Source of the DNA: Polyangiales bacterium
GTDB lineage: Bacteria > Myxococcota_A > Polyangia > Polyangiales > Polyangiaceae
NCBI GenBank assembly: GCA_038230375.1
Contig: JBBRNJ010000005.1
Span: 32,001-96,000, forward strand
DNA: 64,000 nt
Reading direction: 5' to 3'
Shown here: piece after piece, positions 55,365 through 64,000 of the stretch
How positions within the stretch are numbered: position 1 is the first letter of the stretch
Layout: each line of letters starts with the position of its first letter
Notes under the pieces: generated by a model
Seen by the model: only the letters and a program-made list of their open reading frames with translations
What the model was told of the DNA's origin: nothing
Databases searched by the model: none
Translations under genes and position numbers: made by a program

Positions 55365-57649
55365 ACGTGATAGTCGACGAAGTCCTCCGGGCCGTCGTTC
55401 TTCACCTCGAACGAGAGGTCTCCGGCGGTGATGAGCGACGGATCGATCAGGATGGGCACCTCGCGCCAGCCCTCGGTGTGCTCGAACGCGAGCGCGCCGA
55501 CCACCTGACCCGCGAGCAGCACGGTGATCTTTGATTTACCTTCTGGCGCCGTGCGAAATACGAGATGCGCGCGTTTGCCGGGGACCAGGTTGCGCAACGT
55601 GAAGCGCTCGCTGCGACCGCCCGCGAGCCTGCGGCCCGCGTCGAACATGTCAAGGTGCGGGTTCGCCGGGTCCGGAAGGATGTGCATGTCCGTCCACCCG
55701 CCAGCGGGATGCGGGAACTGGTAGCCGTGTGCCTTCTCGCTCACGAGGTCGGCGACGTCCACCTCGTCGATCACCTGCACGTCGTCGTCCGGCAGCGCGC
55801 GGATGTGATCACCCACGCCGAGCGCATGCCAGTCCGCGCGATAGGCGACGTGCTCGTAGCCGCCGCAGATGACGTTGCCCTCCACGGGGAAGCGCTCGAT
55901 CACGCCGCTCGAGAACCACGTGGGCAAGACGCCCCACCACGTGGGAAAGATCGCGAGGATGTCCGGTCGCTCCGCCGCAGGCATGCGCTCGATGAGCTCC
56001 AGCGTGGCCGGCAGTCCTTGCACTCCGGCGCGCGCGAACGGGAGCTCGTGGTACCCGCCAAGGCCGATGATGTCGAGGCCGGGCGCATCGGACGCGTAGA
56101 GGATGGCGCCAGCGTCACCCACGAGCACGCGGTGAGGGCTCTGCGTCTTGAGCCAGCGGCCCATCACCACGTGCTGATCGCGGATGTTCCGGCACGCGCG
56201 GCCGAAGAACCATCGCTGATCGCGCATCTTCGGGGCCTGGTGATCGTAGGCAACGAAGACGAGCGCCATGCAGGCGACTGCGCGCAGCGGGCGGATGAAG
56301 AAGAACGCCGCGCACGCGACGCCGACGAGCACCGCGAGCGCCCACGAGAACCGGAACTCGGGCGCAGTGTTCGCCTGGCGTGTAGCGATCCCGATCACCT
56401 GGAACGCGAGCGCGCCAACGACCGTGACCGCCGCGACGTTAGGGCGTCCTCGTAGTCCGCGCATGAGGCCGGATACACCGAGCGCGGCGCAGACCAGGAG
56501 CCACGCGACCGCGGGCATGGTGTAGCGCTCGTTCTGCCAGCGGACCTGACCATTGAACGCAACGAGCACGAGCCACATCCCGATCTGCGCCCACAGGATG
56601 AGCGCGTATCTGCGCGTCTCCGGCATGGCCACGGCGAGCAGCGCGAGCGCCGGGATGATGATGCCGTAGCCCGCCTTGTCGGCGAAGTGGTACTCGACGT
56701 TACGAAGGACGGCGTAGCGAAGGTTGAAGAGGTAGTCCGCGAGCTTCTCGTCTGGGGTCAGGAACGGGCTGTTCATGGCAAGCTTCACGATGGCGCCGTT
56801 CGCGCTGAACTCGCCCGTGAGCGCACGATTCAAGATCGCCTGCGCCACGACAATGCCTCCGCCCGGAAGACCGACGCGCACGAGCGAGAGCACCGCGGCG
56901 AGCCGCCCACGCGAGAAGAGACGGAGCGCGATGGCCAGCCCGAAGACGGCGATGGTGCCCGTGGCCTCCGGGCGCGTGACGATCATGAGTGCGCCCGTCA
57001 CGCCGAGCAACCAGCTGCCGCGCTTGATGCGTCGCGCATTCGCCGGACCGTTCTGCGCGACCAGGCGATCGAGGTCGAGCCACGCGGCGAGCGCCACCGC
57101 CCACGTCGCCACGAAGATCGCGACCTCCATCCCGCTCCAGAACGACCAGTTCAGCGCGCCCACGCCCAGCAAGAACGGCGCCGCGAGGTACGACGATGCG
57201 CGCGCCCAGGCGTCGTCCTTCGACCGCATCGTGAGGAAGAGCCGGCGCACTACCAGCAGCGTCCCGAACACGCACACCATCGCGAGCACCGCAGCCCAGA
57301 TCATGAGCCGTTGCTCGCGGAAGCCCACGAGCCACCCCAGCGCGAGCACGAACGGATAGAGGAGGCTCGTGTTGCCGGAGGAGTAGCCGTTGCCGACGAC
57401 CCACTCGAACGGGTGGCCGAGCGCGGTCGAGCGGGCGTAGTCGAAGTGGATGAAGACGTCGTCGAGGGGCGCGCTCCACTCGCCGCCCGTCTGCTTCAGC
57501 ATGTAGCCGTAGAACGCGCGCGCGCAGAGGATCGTCGAGAGCGCGGACCACAGCACGTAGGCGCCACGGTCGAGCCGCAAAAGAACGTGAGTCAACGGCG
57601 CGAGCCGGTTCGTCCACGCGATGATTCTCGGGCGACCCAGGAGGCTCAC
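55349..57649 (-). CDS. Polytopic membrane protein, GT-C-fold glycosyltransferase-like
   Basis: PLDDVFIHFDYAR, GNTSLLYP, SGMEV, TRPE, GDAGAI...DIIGL; GTG start after AAGGAG. Confidence 0.7.
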   Translation of the reverse strand: MSLLGRPRIIAWTNRLAPLTHVLLRLDRGAYVLWSALSTILCARAFYGYMLKQTGGEWSAPLDDVFIHFDYARSTALGHPFEWVVGNGYSSGNTSLLYPFVLALGWLVGFREQRLMIWAAVLAMVCVFGTLLVVRRLFLTMRSKDDAWARASSYLAAPFLLGVGALNWSFWSGMEVAIFVATWAVALAAWLDLDRLVAQNGPANARRIKRGSWLLGVTGALMIVTRPEATGTIAVFGLAIALRLFSRGRLAAVLSLVRVGLPGGGIVVAQAILNRALTGEFSANGAIVKLAMNSPFLTPDEKLADYLFNLRYAVLRNVEYHFADKAGYGIIIPALALLAVAMPETRRYALILWAQIGMWLVLVAFNGQVRWQNERYTMPAVAWLLVCAALGVSGLMRGLRGRPNVAAVTVVGALAFQVIGIATRQANTAPEFRFSWALAVLVGVACAAFFFIRPLRAVACMALVFVAYDHQAPKMRDQRWFFGRACRNIRDQHVVMGRWLKTQSPHRVLVGDAGAILYASDAPGLDIIGLGGYHELPFARAGVQGLPATLELIERMPAAERPDILAIFPTWWGVLPTWFSSGVIERFPVEGNVICGGYEHVAYRADWHALGVGDHIRALPDDDVQVIDEVDVADLVSEKAHGYQFPHPAGGWTDMHILPDPANPHLDMFDAGRRLAGGRSERFTLRNLVPGKRAHLVFRTAPEGKSKITVLLAGQVVGALAFEHTEGWREVPILIDPSLITAGDLSFEVKNDGPEDFVDYHVWLTE

Positions 57650-57774
57650 GGGCTCCTTAGTAGTACGGGGCCGACCCTGGAGGGAACCTGCACGCGGGCC
57701 CTTCGGCTGTGCTTGCTCACGCCTGGTTCTCCGGTTCTCTGACTCCGGTCCACATGCTAGGGTCGGCGCCGTCG

Positions 57775-60495
57775 ATGGTTCTGTGGCGTGGCCGATCGGT
57801 AGCTTTCTCGCTTGTCTTCGTGGCGATCTCCATGGCGCCCGCGGTGACGCACGCGCAGGCTCCGAGCCCGACACCCACGCCATCACCAGCGCCGCCTTCG
57901 CCGCCCTCCCAGCCTCAGGATGACAATCCTGGCGCTACCTCGGTGCCGCGCGGCGCGTCTGGCTCGATCATCACGGCGCCAAAGGACCAGCCACCGCCGC
58001 CGCCACCGGCCCCCGTGGTGGTCACCCCGCCCACGCTGAAGCGCGATGACGGCGCCGAGTATCCGCACCAGGCGATCGTCGACAAGATCAAGGACCCCGT
58101 CACCGTGGGCCTCATCCTGGAGGTCGACGCGACGGGCGTCGTGAAGAAGGTCACCGTGGAGGCCGCCGCGGGTCACGGCTTCGACGAGGCAGCCGTTGCC
58201 GCCGCGCAGAAGCTCGTGTTCGAGCCCGCCACGAAGAACGGCAGGCCGATCGCCGCCAAGATCCGGCACAAGTACGCCTTCGCACCGCCGCCCTCGCGCA
58301 TCGTCGGCAAGGTCGCCTCGGACTCCAAGGACAAGGGGATCGCGCGCGCCATCGTCACGGTCACGGCGGATGGCAAGCCCGGCGACAAGCGCACCATCAC
58401 CACCGACGACAGCGGCGCATGGAAGGTGGAGGGGCTTTCAGCCGGCACCTATCACGTCACCGTGCAGGCGCAGGGCTACGCCACGCGAGAGTCCGACGAG
58501 GAGGTCGACCCCGGCACCGAGATCGACCTCACGCTGCGCCTCACGCGCCCGAACCAGAAGCCCGTCGCGCAGCCCGGCGACGAGCCGCTCGAGCAGGTCG
58601 AGGTCAAGGTCGATCGACCCCCGCGCGAGGTCGTGAAGCGCACGCTCGACCAGCGCGAGATCAGCCGCATCCCCGGCACCGGCGGTGACGCGCTCAAATC
58701 GTTGCAGAACCTTCCAGGCGTCGCGCGCTCGCCGGGGCTCGGCGGTCTGCTCATCGTCCGCGGCTCAGCGCCGCAAGACACGCAGGTCTTCATCGACGGC
58801 ACGGCGATCCCGCTCGTGTACCACTTTGGCGGCCTCTCCAGCGTCGTGCCCACGGAGTCGCTCGATCGCATCGACTTCTATCCCGGCAACTTCAGCTCGC
58901 AGTACGGCCGCGCGCTCGGCGGCATCGTGGACGTCGGCATCAAGGACCCAGAGACCAAGGACAAGAAGATCCACGGCCTCGCGCAGGCCGACCTCATCGA
59001 CGCGCGCATGCTCGCTCAGGGTCCCATTGGTGACACCGGCCTCAAGTTCCTCGTCGCTGGACGCCGCAGCTACTTCGACCTGTGGCTGAAGCCCGTGCTC
59101 GAGCAGACCGGCGCAGGCGTCACGGCGGCGCCGGTCTATTACGACTACCAGGCGCTCGTGCAGAAGGACTTCTCGTCCCGTCAGAGCCTGCGCCTCATGC
59201 TCTTCGGGTCCGACGACAACCTCAAGATCTTGACGAGCCAGGTCAACGGCAGCGACCCGCAGCTCGGCGGTGGTATCGGACTCCACACCGCGTTCTGGCG
59301 CCTGCAGGCGCGATACAAGAACAGGATCAACGACTCGACCGAGCTCCGCGTCACCGGCGCCGTGGGCCAGGACACGATCGACTTCAACATCGGCGACAAC
59401 TACCTGCGCATCTCCACGGTGCCCATCTCCACGCGCATCGAGCTCGCCCAGAAGCTCGCGCAGGGCGTGACGATGAACTTCGGTATCGACTGGGCCTATA
59501 CGCCTTACGACGTGGCCGTGCGCTTCCCGCCGCCCACGAGACCGGGCGAGCCACCGGGCGGTCCGTTCCTCACGCGCCCGCCGCTCGAGCAGCACGTGAA
59601 GGACTCGAACTACACGCCGGCCTTCTACGAAGAGCTGGAGCTCACGCCATGGCGCGGTAGCCGCATCGTTCCGGGCGTGCGCGTGGACTACACGAAGAGC
59701 AGCAAGTCGTGGGATCTGCAGCCGCGCTTCGTGGTGCGCCAGGATCTCACGACCGGCTTCCCGCGCACCACCGTCAAGGGCGGCGCCGGCATCTACAGTC
59801 AGCCGCCCACCCCGCAGCAGTCGGACTCTGTCTTCGGAAACCCCGGCGTCCGCTCGCAGCGCTCCACCCAGTACGACGTCGGCGTGGAGCAAGAGATCAC
59901 GCGGCCCGTCGAGATCGCAACGGATGTATATTACAAGCAACTGGACTACCTGATCGTCCAGGGGCTGGGCAATGCCGGCACCGGCGCGGCCTACGGCATC
60001 GAGACGCTCGTTCGCTGGAAGCCCGACAAGCGCTTCTTCGGATGGCTGGCGTACACGATCGGCCGGAGCGAGCGGCGCGACGGTCCTGGGCAACCGCTGC
60101 GCGAGACGCAGTACGATCAGACGCACATCCTCACCGTGCTCGGCAGCTACCGCCTGGGCTGGGGCTTCGAGTTCGGCGCGCGCTTCCGGCTGGTCTCCGG
60201 CAACCTGTACACGCCCGCCAACGGCTCCATCTACGACGAGGGCGTTGGCGCGTATCTCCCGCTCACCTCGTACCCGCCGTACAACACGCGCTTGCCCATG
60301 TTCCACCAGCTGGACCTACGCGTGGACAAGGTATGGACGGCGCCGAACTCCAAGTTCTCCATCTATGCGGACATCCAGAACGTCTACAACCACGGCAACG
60401 TGGAGGGCGTGAGCAACAACTTCAACAGCACGCAGAGAGTCTACGCGACGGGCATCCCCATCCTGCCCAGCATCGGCGTGAGGGGAGAACTGTGA
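57775..60495 (+). CDS. TonB-dependent receptor with N-terminal TonB-C-terminal-like and carboxypeptidase-regulatory-like domains
   Basis: YPHQA...VDATGVV...FDEAAVAAAQKLVFEPA (TonB_C); LQNLPGV, YHFGG, YGRALGGIV plug; barrel with HQLDLRVDK. Confidence 0.9.
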   Translation: MVLWRGRSVAFSLVFVAISMAPAVTHAQAPSPTPTPSPAPPSPPSQPQDDNPGATSVPRGASGSIITAPKDQPPPPPPAPVVVTPPTLKRDDGAEYPHQAIVDKIKDPVTVGLILEVDATGVVKKVTVEAAAGHGFDEAAVAAAQKLVFEPATKNGRPIAAKIRHKYAFAPPPSRIVGKVASDSKDKGIARAIVTVTADGKPGDKRTITTDDSGAWKVEGLSAGTYHVTVQAQGYATRESDEEVDPGTEIDLTLRLTRPNQKPVAQPGDEPLEQVEVKVDRPPREVVKRTLDQREISRIPGTGGDALKSLQNLPGVARSPGLGGLLIVRGSAPQDTQVFIDGTAIPLVYHFGGLSSVVPTESLDRIDFYPGNFSSQYGRALGGIVDVGIKDPETKDKKIHGLAQADLIDARMLAQGPIGDTGLKFLVAGRRSYFDLWLKPVLEQTGAGVTAAPVYYDYQALVQKDFSSRQSLRLMLFGSDDNLKILTSQVNGSDPQLGGGIGLHTAFWRLQARYKNRINDSTELRVTGAVGQDTIDFNIGDNYLRISTVPISTRIELAQKLAQGVTMNFGIDWAYTPYDVAVRFPPPTRPGEPPGGPFLTRPPLEQHVKDSNYTPAFYEELELTPWRGSRIVPGVRVDYTKSSKSWDLQPRFVVRQDLTTGFPRTTVKGGAGIYSQPPTPQQSDSVFGNPGVRSQRSTQYDVGVEQEITRPVEIATDVYYKQLDYLIVQGLGNAGTGAAYGIETLVRWKPDKRFFGWLAYTIGRSERRDGPGQPLRETQYDQTHILTVLGSYRLGWGFEFGARFRLVSGNLYTPANGSIYDEGVGAYLPLTSYPPYNTRLPMFHQLDLRVDKVWTAPNSKFSIYADIQNVYNHGNVEGVSNNFNSTQRVYATGIPILPSIGVRGEL

Positions 60496-61640
60496 TGCGG
60501 ATCGCAAGAGCTCTCACGAAGGTCCTCGTCGCGTCCGTGCTTGCGGGGGCCGCGCTTGCCTCCGTCGTCGGCACGTCGGCGTGCGGCACCGGGTTCGACC
60601 CCGTGAGCAAGCTCCAGGGCGTCCGCATCCTGGCCACCAAGGCCGACAAGCCGTTCGCGCATCCGGGTGACACCGTGAACCTCACCATGCTCGTGGCGGA
60701 CGGCCGCGCCGACAAGACGCGCCCCGTCACGGTGTCATGGATACCTGCAGTCTGCACCAACCCGAAGTCGGACTTGTATTATGCATGCTTCGCGCCCCAG
60801 TACGGGTCGGATGGCGGCGCGTCGGACGCGAGCCTCGCGCTCTCGGAGGGCGGCACATCTGCAGCTGGTGGCGACGCAGGGGATGCGGGACCGCAGGCTC
60901 CCGTCTCGAACTCGGGCGCCGGCGCCCTTGCGTCGATCATCGCCAAGATCCCGCCGCACACCAACCTGACGCCGTTCCTTCCGCAGGGCAACACCTACTC
61001 GTTCCAGGTGCCCGCGGACATCGTGTCGTCCCACGTGCCAACGCCCGGCGCAGCGCGCCCCTATGGTCTTGCCATCCTCTTCAACTACGCGTGCGCGGGC
61101 CACCTCGAGCTCGTCCCTTTCGATGGCTCGGGCAACCCTCTCCAGATCCCCATCGGCTGCTACGACGACTTCGGCGAGCAGGTGAAGGTGGACGACGGCG
61201 TCTTCGGTCTGCTCCGCGTGTACAGCTACAATGATGTCAGCAACGCCAATCCCGTGATCGACAGCCTCACGCAGGACGACGCGGCGGTCGACCTCAGGGC
61301 GGGCATCACGCTCGACCACTGCACCGAATCGCGTCGTCGCGACTGCAAGAAGATCAAGCTCACGCCGGTGGTCTCGGAGACGTCGTGGGAGCTGAACCCG
61401 GACTCGAACGACGGGCAGGGCAACATCCAGCACGAAGAGATCTGGGTCGACTACTACTCGACCATCGGCGACCTGGGCGACGACGCGCGCCTCCTCTATG
61501 ACGTGGGCGCTGGCAAGATCAAGAAGCCCGAGGTGGACTTCCAGGCGCCGAGCGATCCCGGGGAGGGAACCCTGTACGTGGTCGTCCACGACAACCGCGG
61601 CGGTGTCGAATGGCTCGTGGTTCCGCTACATGTGAAGTAG
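60495..61640 (+). CDS. Hypothetical lipoprotein associated with the TonB-dependent receptor
   Basis: TSAC lipobox; RILATKADKP...VVHDNRGGVEW; TGATG overlap. Confidence 0.75.
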   Translation: MRIARALTKVLVASVLAGAALASVVGTSACGTGFDPVSKLQGVRILATKADKPFAHPGDTVNLTMLVADGRADKTRPVTVSWIPAVCTNPKSDLYYACFAPQYGSDGGASDASLALSEGGTSAAGGDAGDAGPQAPVSNSGAGALASIIAKIPPHTNLTPFLPQGNTYSFQVPADIVSSHVPTPGAARPYGLAILFNYACAGHLELVPFDGSGNPLQIPIGCYDDFGEQVKVDDGVFGLLRVYSYNDVSNANPVIDSLTQDDAAVDLRAGITLDHCTESRRRDCKKIKLTPVVSETSWELNPDSNDGQGNIQHEEIWVDYYSTIGDLGDDARLLYDVGAGKIKKPEVDFQAPSDPGEGTLYVVVHDNRGGVEWLVVPLHVK

Positions 61641-62368
61641 TGGAGAAGAGAACGCTCGCCACCAGCATCGGCGCGATCATCCTTGCCGCCATCGCGCTCT
61701 CCGCGTGCGGGCCGAGCTCCGACACCAGCGTGCTGCGTGCGCAGGACAAGAAGCTCCCGGACGGCGTGACCTTCGACCCGACGAGCTTGATGACGGACTC
61801 GGCCTTCGTGGACACCACCCCCGCGGACGTCGCAGCGCTCCTGCAGTTCCTCAAGAAGACGCCCTACGACTCGTCGAGCTTCCTCGCGACCTATGCATCC
61901 AACGGCGTGACGGCGCCGCTCGCGATCGTGCGCGCCTCGCGCAAGTACAGGCTCAATCCGATCGTATTTCTCGCACATGCGGAGCGCGCGCAAGGGCTCA
62001 TCGGCTCGCGTGCGTATCCATTCCCGTCAACGCGGGTGGAGTTCGTGTTCCAGTGCGGATGCACGGCGCCGGGGCAGTGCGATCTTGCCGTGGGCGGGTT
62101 CGACAAGCAGGTCGACTGTCTTGGGCGATCGCTGCGCGCAAACCTGGATCAGCTCACGGGGCCGAACCAGGCGACCGACGGCGGATGGGCGATCGGCGCT
62201 GCGACCAAGACTGTCGACGGTGCGCTCGTCACACCGCAGTCCAACGCGACCGCGGCGCTCTACCAGTACCTGCCGGTCCTGGGAGACGCATCGAGCGGCA
62301 ACCAGGCGTACTTCACCATCTACACGCTCTACGCGACCGCGCTCTCCTACTTCGATCCTGGGGGTTGA
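61640..62368 (+). CDS. Lipoprotein with putative lysozyme-like ('hemagglutinin'-annotated) domain
   Basis: ALSAC lipobox; YRLNPIVFLAHAERAQGLI...GC...GFDKQV...NATAALYQYLP. Confidence 0.55.
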   Translation: MEKRTLATSIGAIILAAIALSACGPSSDTSVLRAQDKKLPDGVTFDPTSLMTDSAFVDTTPADVAALLQFLKKTPYDSSSFLATYASNGVTAPLAIVRASRKYRLNPIVFLAHAERAQGLIGSRAYPFPSTRVEFVFQCGCTAPGQCDLAVGGFDKQVDCLGRSLRANLDQLTGPNQATDGGWAIGAATKTVDGALVTPQSNATAALYQYLPVLGDASSGNQAYFTIYTLYATALSYFDPGG

Positions 62369-62413
62369 AGGTCCAGGTCGGGGTCGGGGTCGAGGTCTGA
62401 GTCGGGGTCGGAG
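62369..62413. repeat. Intergenic hexamer repeat (GGGGTC-like) between convergent genes
   Basis: aggtc caggtc ggggtc ggggtc gaggtc tgagtc ggggtc ggag. Confidence 0.75.
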
Positions 62414-62422
62414 CGCTTGGGT

Positions 62423-63541
62423 TCAGAGGACGCTGAGCGTCTTGATGGCGTCGACGGCGATCTGGCCTGCGGACAGGATCGCCTCGTCCTCGGGGCGGCC
62501 TGCGAGGTGCGCGCGCACGCGTCCGAACGCCTCGAGGTACACGCGCTCGCGGCCAAGGCCTGCGGCCACGCCGTTGCTGCCGCGGAAGGTCCGCTCCGCA
62601 GTCGTGATGGCGCGCTCCCATCCCACGCCGTAGCGATCACGAAGGAGCCTCACCACGGTCACGAAGTCCGCGCCGTCGGTCATGGCCATGGCGGCCACGT
62701 GGCGCGTGCCGAGCTCGCGCTTGCGGAGCGGCTTCAGGAAACCATGCCGCTCTTCGAGGAGGAGGGCGAAGCCTTCCTGGTCGTCCACGCCCCGCGCCGT
62801 GCCGATCTGGAAGATGCCGAGCTTGGCGTGGGCAGCGCGCCCGCGCGGGATCGCGTGGGCCTCGATCTCGTGCAGCACGGTGCGGTCGACGTCCTCGCGC
62901 GACAGCATCCGTCCTGTGGCGATGAAGACATTGTGCTCGCCCACCGCCGCGAGGGCTGCCAGCTGCGGCTGCACCACCACGGTGAAGGGCAGGCGGAGCT
63001 GCGCGATCGCCTCCTCCATGCGCACGAGCAGCGAGCCAGGCACGCGCGCGTCGCTCTGCGTGGTCTCCTCGATGGCGTCATCCGGAGTGAGCGCGGCCCA
63101 CTCGCGCCCAAGCTCGTCGGCGCGCGCCTCCAGCGTGCCGCCCTTCATTCCGGCGGCGTAGCGCTCACGTGCAAGCGCGCCGAGCGTGTCCGTGCCGACC
63201 GATTCCGCGATGCGGGCCTCGAGCGCGAGCTCACTGGCGCGCGCCGCGTACACCTCGTGCACGGGCGACCCTTCCTCCACGAAGCGGGCAGCCATGCGCT
63301 CGAGCGCCTTCACCAGCTGCGAGTGATCCGTGCGTGCGTACGACCAGCGAGGCGCGACCTCGGAGCCCGTGGTGAACGCGGAGAGCAACCTGGCGCGTTC
63401 CTGCGCTGCGTTCCGCGGCGTCGCCGCTCCAAGGAGCCGGATCGCGCCCATCGCCTCCGAGAGCACCTTGTCTGCGCGAAGGAAGGGGGCCCTCAGGTCC
63501 GCCTGGGTGTTCTTGCGAATCGCGACGACGCGCTTTTTCAC
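62423..63541 (-). CDS. DUF1704 family (QEGLA-motif) metallopeptidase-like protein
   Basis: VLHEIEAH (HExxxH), DQEGFA, YLEAF. Confidence 0.8.
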   Translation of the reverse strand: MKKRVVAIRKNTQADLRAPFLRADKVLSEAMGAIRLLGAATPRNAAQERARLLSAFTTGSEVAPRWSYARTDHSQLVKALERMAARFVEEGSPVHEVYAARASELALEARIAESVGTDTLGALARERYAAGMKGGTLEARADELGREWAALTPDDAIEETTQSDARVPGSLLVRMEEAIAQLRLPFTVVVQPQLAALAAVGEHNVFIATGRMLSREDVDRTVLHEIEAHAIPRGRAAHAKLGIFQIGTARGVDDQEGFALLLEERHGFLKPLRKRELGTRHVAAMAMTDGADFVTVVRLLRDRYGVGWERAITTAERTFRGSNGVAAGLGRERVYLEAFGRVRAHLAGRPEDEAILSAGQIAVDAIKTLSVL

Positions 63542-63601
63542 ATCGTGGAGACTACCTCAATCGGCCGCCCCGCAATCGTTCAATCGTCTATAGTGCGCCC
63601 A

Positions 63602-63621
63602 CCGGATCGTCCTCGATCCGG
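63602..63621. promoter_or_regulatory. Perfect 8-bp inverted repeat in a divergent intergenic region
   Basis: CCGGATCG-TCCT-CGATCCGG. Confidence 0.4.
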
Positions 63622-63645
63622 GGGTATGGCGCAGGGAGTGATGCT

Positions 63646-64000
63646 TTGAAGAAAAACTACGTTCTCGACACGAACATCCTTCTTCACGATCCGCGCGCGA
63701 TCTTTCGCTTCGACGACAACAACGTCGTCATCCCGATCTACTGCATCGAAGAGGTCGACAATTTCAAGCGCGAGGGCTCCGAACGCGGGCGCAACGCACG
63801 CACGATCGCGCGGCTCCTCGACGAGCTTCGCGAGACCGGCGGCTCTCTCTCCAAGGGCGTGACCCTCGAGAACGGCGGCCACCTCAAGGTGGCGGTCCCG
63901 ACCAAGCGTCCCGAGCTCCCGAGCGCGATCGACAAGGCTGCGATGGACAACGCCATCCTGCAGACCGCGTTCGAGGTGCGCGAAGAGGACGGCGGCAGGC
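63646..64000 (+). CDS. phoH: PhoH2 family protein (N-terminal PIN domain), truncated by the window end
   Basis: TTG start after GGAG; KKNYVLDTNILLHDP...VVIPIYCIEEVDNFK...GRNAR...DNAIL. Confidence 0.85.
   Translation, partial: MKKNYVLDTNILLHDPRAIFRFDDNNVVIPIYCIEEVDNFKREGSERGRNARTIARLLDELRETGGSLSKGVTLENGGHLKVAVPTKRPELPSAIDKAAMDNAILQTAFEVREEDGGR

Noticed and set aside
57650..57886. N-terminal extension of ORF 55349..57886
   Set aside because: It overlaps the divergent TonB-receptor start, and a GTG with an AAGGAG RBS at 57649 is the better start.
62369..62413. GGGGTC tract considered as a mobile-element end or G-quadruplex switch
   Set aside because: No transposase, terminal inverted repeats or target duplication, and only three intact G4 runs. 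Kept as a simple repeat.
1..64000. tRNA, rRNA or riboswitch (e.g. a cobalamin riboswitch near pduO)
   Set aside because: Intergenic gaps are short and I saw no cloverleaf or B12-box consensus. An Infernal/Rfam scan would be needed to exclude them fully.

Overview
High-GC (roughly 68-70% by eye) bacterial chromosome segment with a myxobacterial gene complement (Polyangiales/Labilithrix-like, by inference): Hanks-type Ser/Thr kinases, many lipoproteins with DAG/DGG-rich linkers, a MXAN_5808-type S41 protease and a TonB-domain-fused TonB-dependent receptor. Housekeeping genes include serA, a futalosine menaquinone cluster (menG/ubiE, ubiX, mqnE, fused mqnA-mqnC, amidohydrolase, ubiA-like), map, pdxJ-acpS-nnr, pduO, CdnL/CarD, tyrS, ihfB and a partial phoH2. 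I found no rRNA, tRNA, CRISPR array or transposase. Main findings: (1) a stand-alone type III secretion translocon-like operon at 45749-49014 (small protein, EspA/SseB/Bsp22-like tip, SycD-like chaperone, SctE-like and SctB-like translocators) with no apparatus genes in the window. It shares a sigma28-like GCAAC-N14-GYCGATG promoter with a nearby peptidoglycan-binding-domain gene, a candidate effector. (2) A single-chain SecY paralog fused to DUF2007-like and SecD-P1-head domains (6754-8934), lacking the plug and the IPGIRPG loop. (3) A hollowed-out MqnE/MqnC paralog with no radical-SAM core. (4) A CdnL gene with a histone-H1-like N-terminal tail split by an A7 frameshift. (5) Pervasive TANNNT-N6-8-start leaderless promoter architecture. 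All family calls come from motif recognition by eye; no database searches were run.
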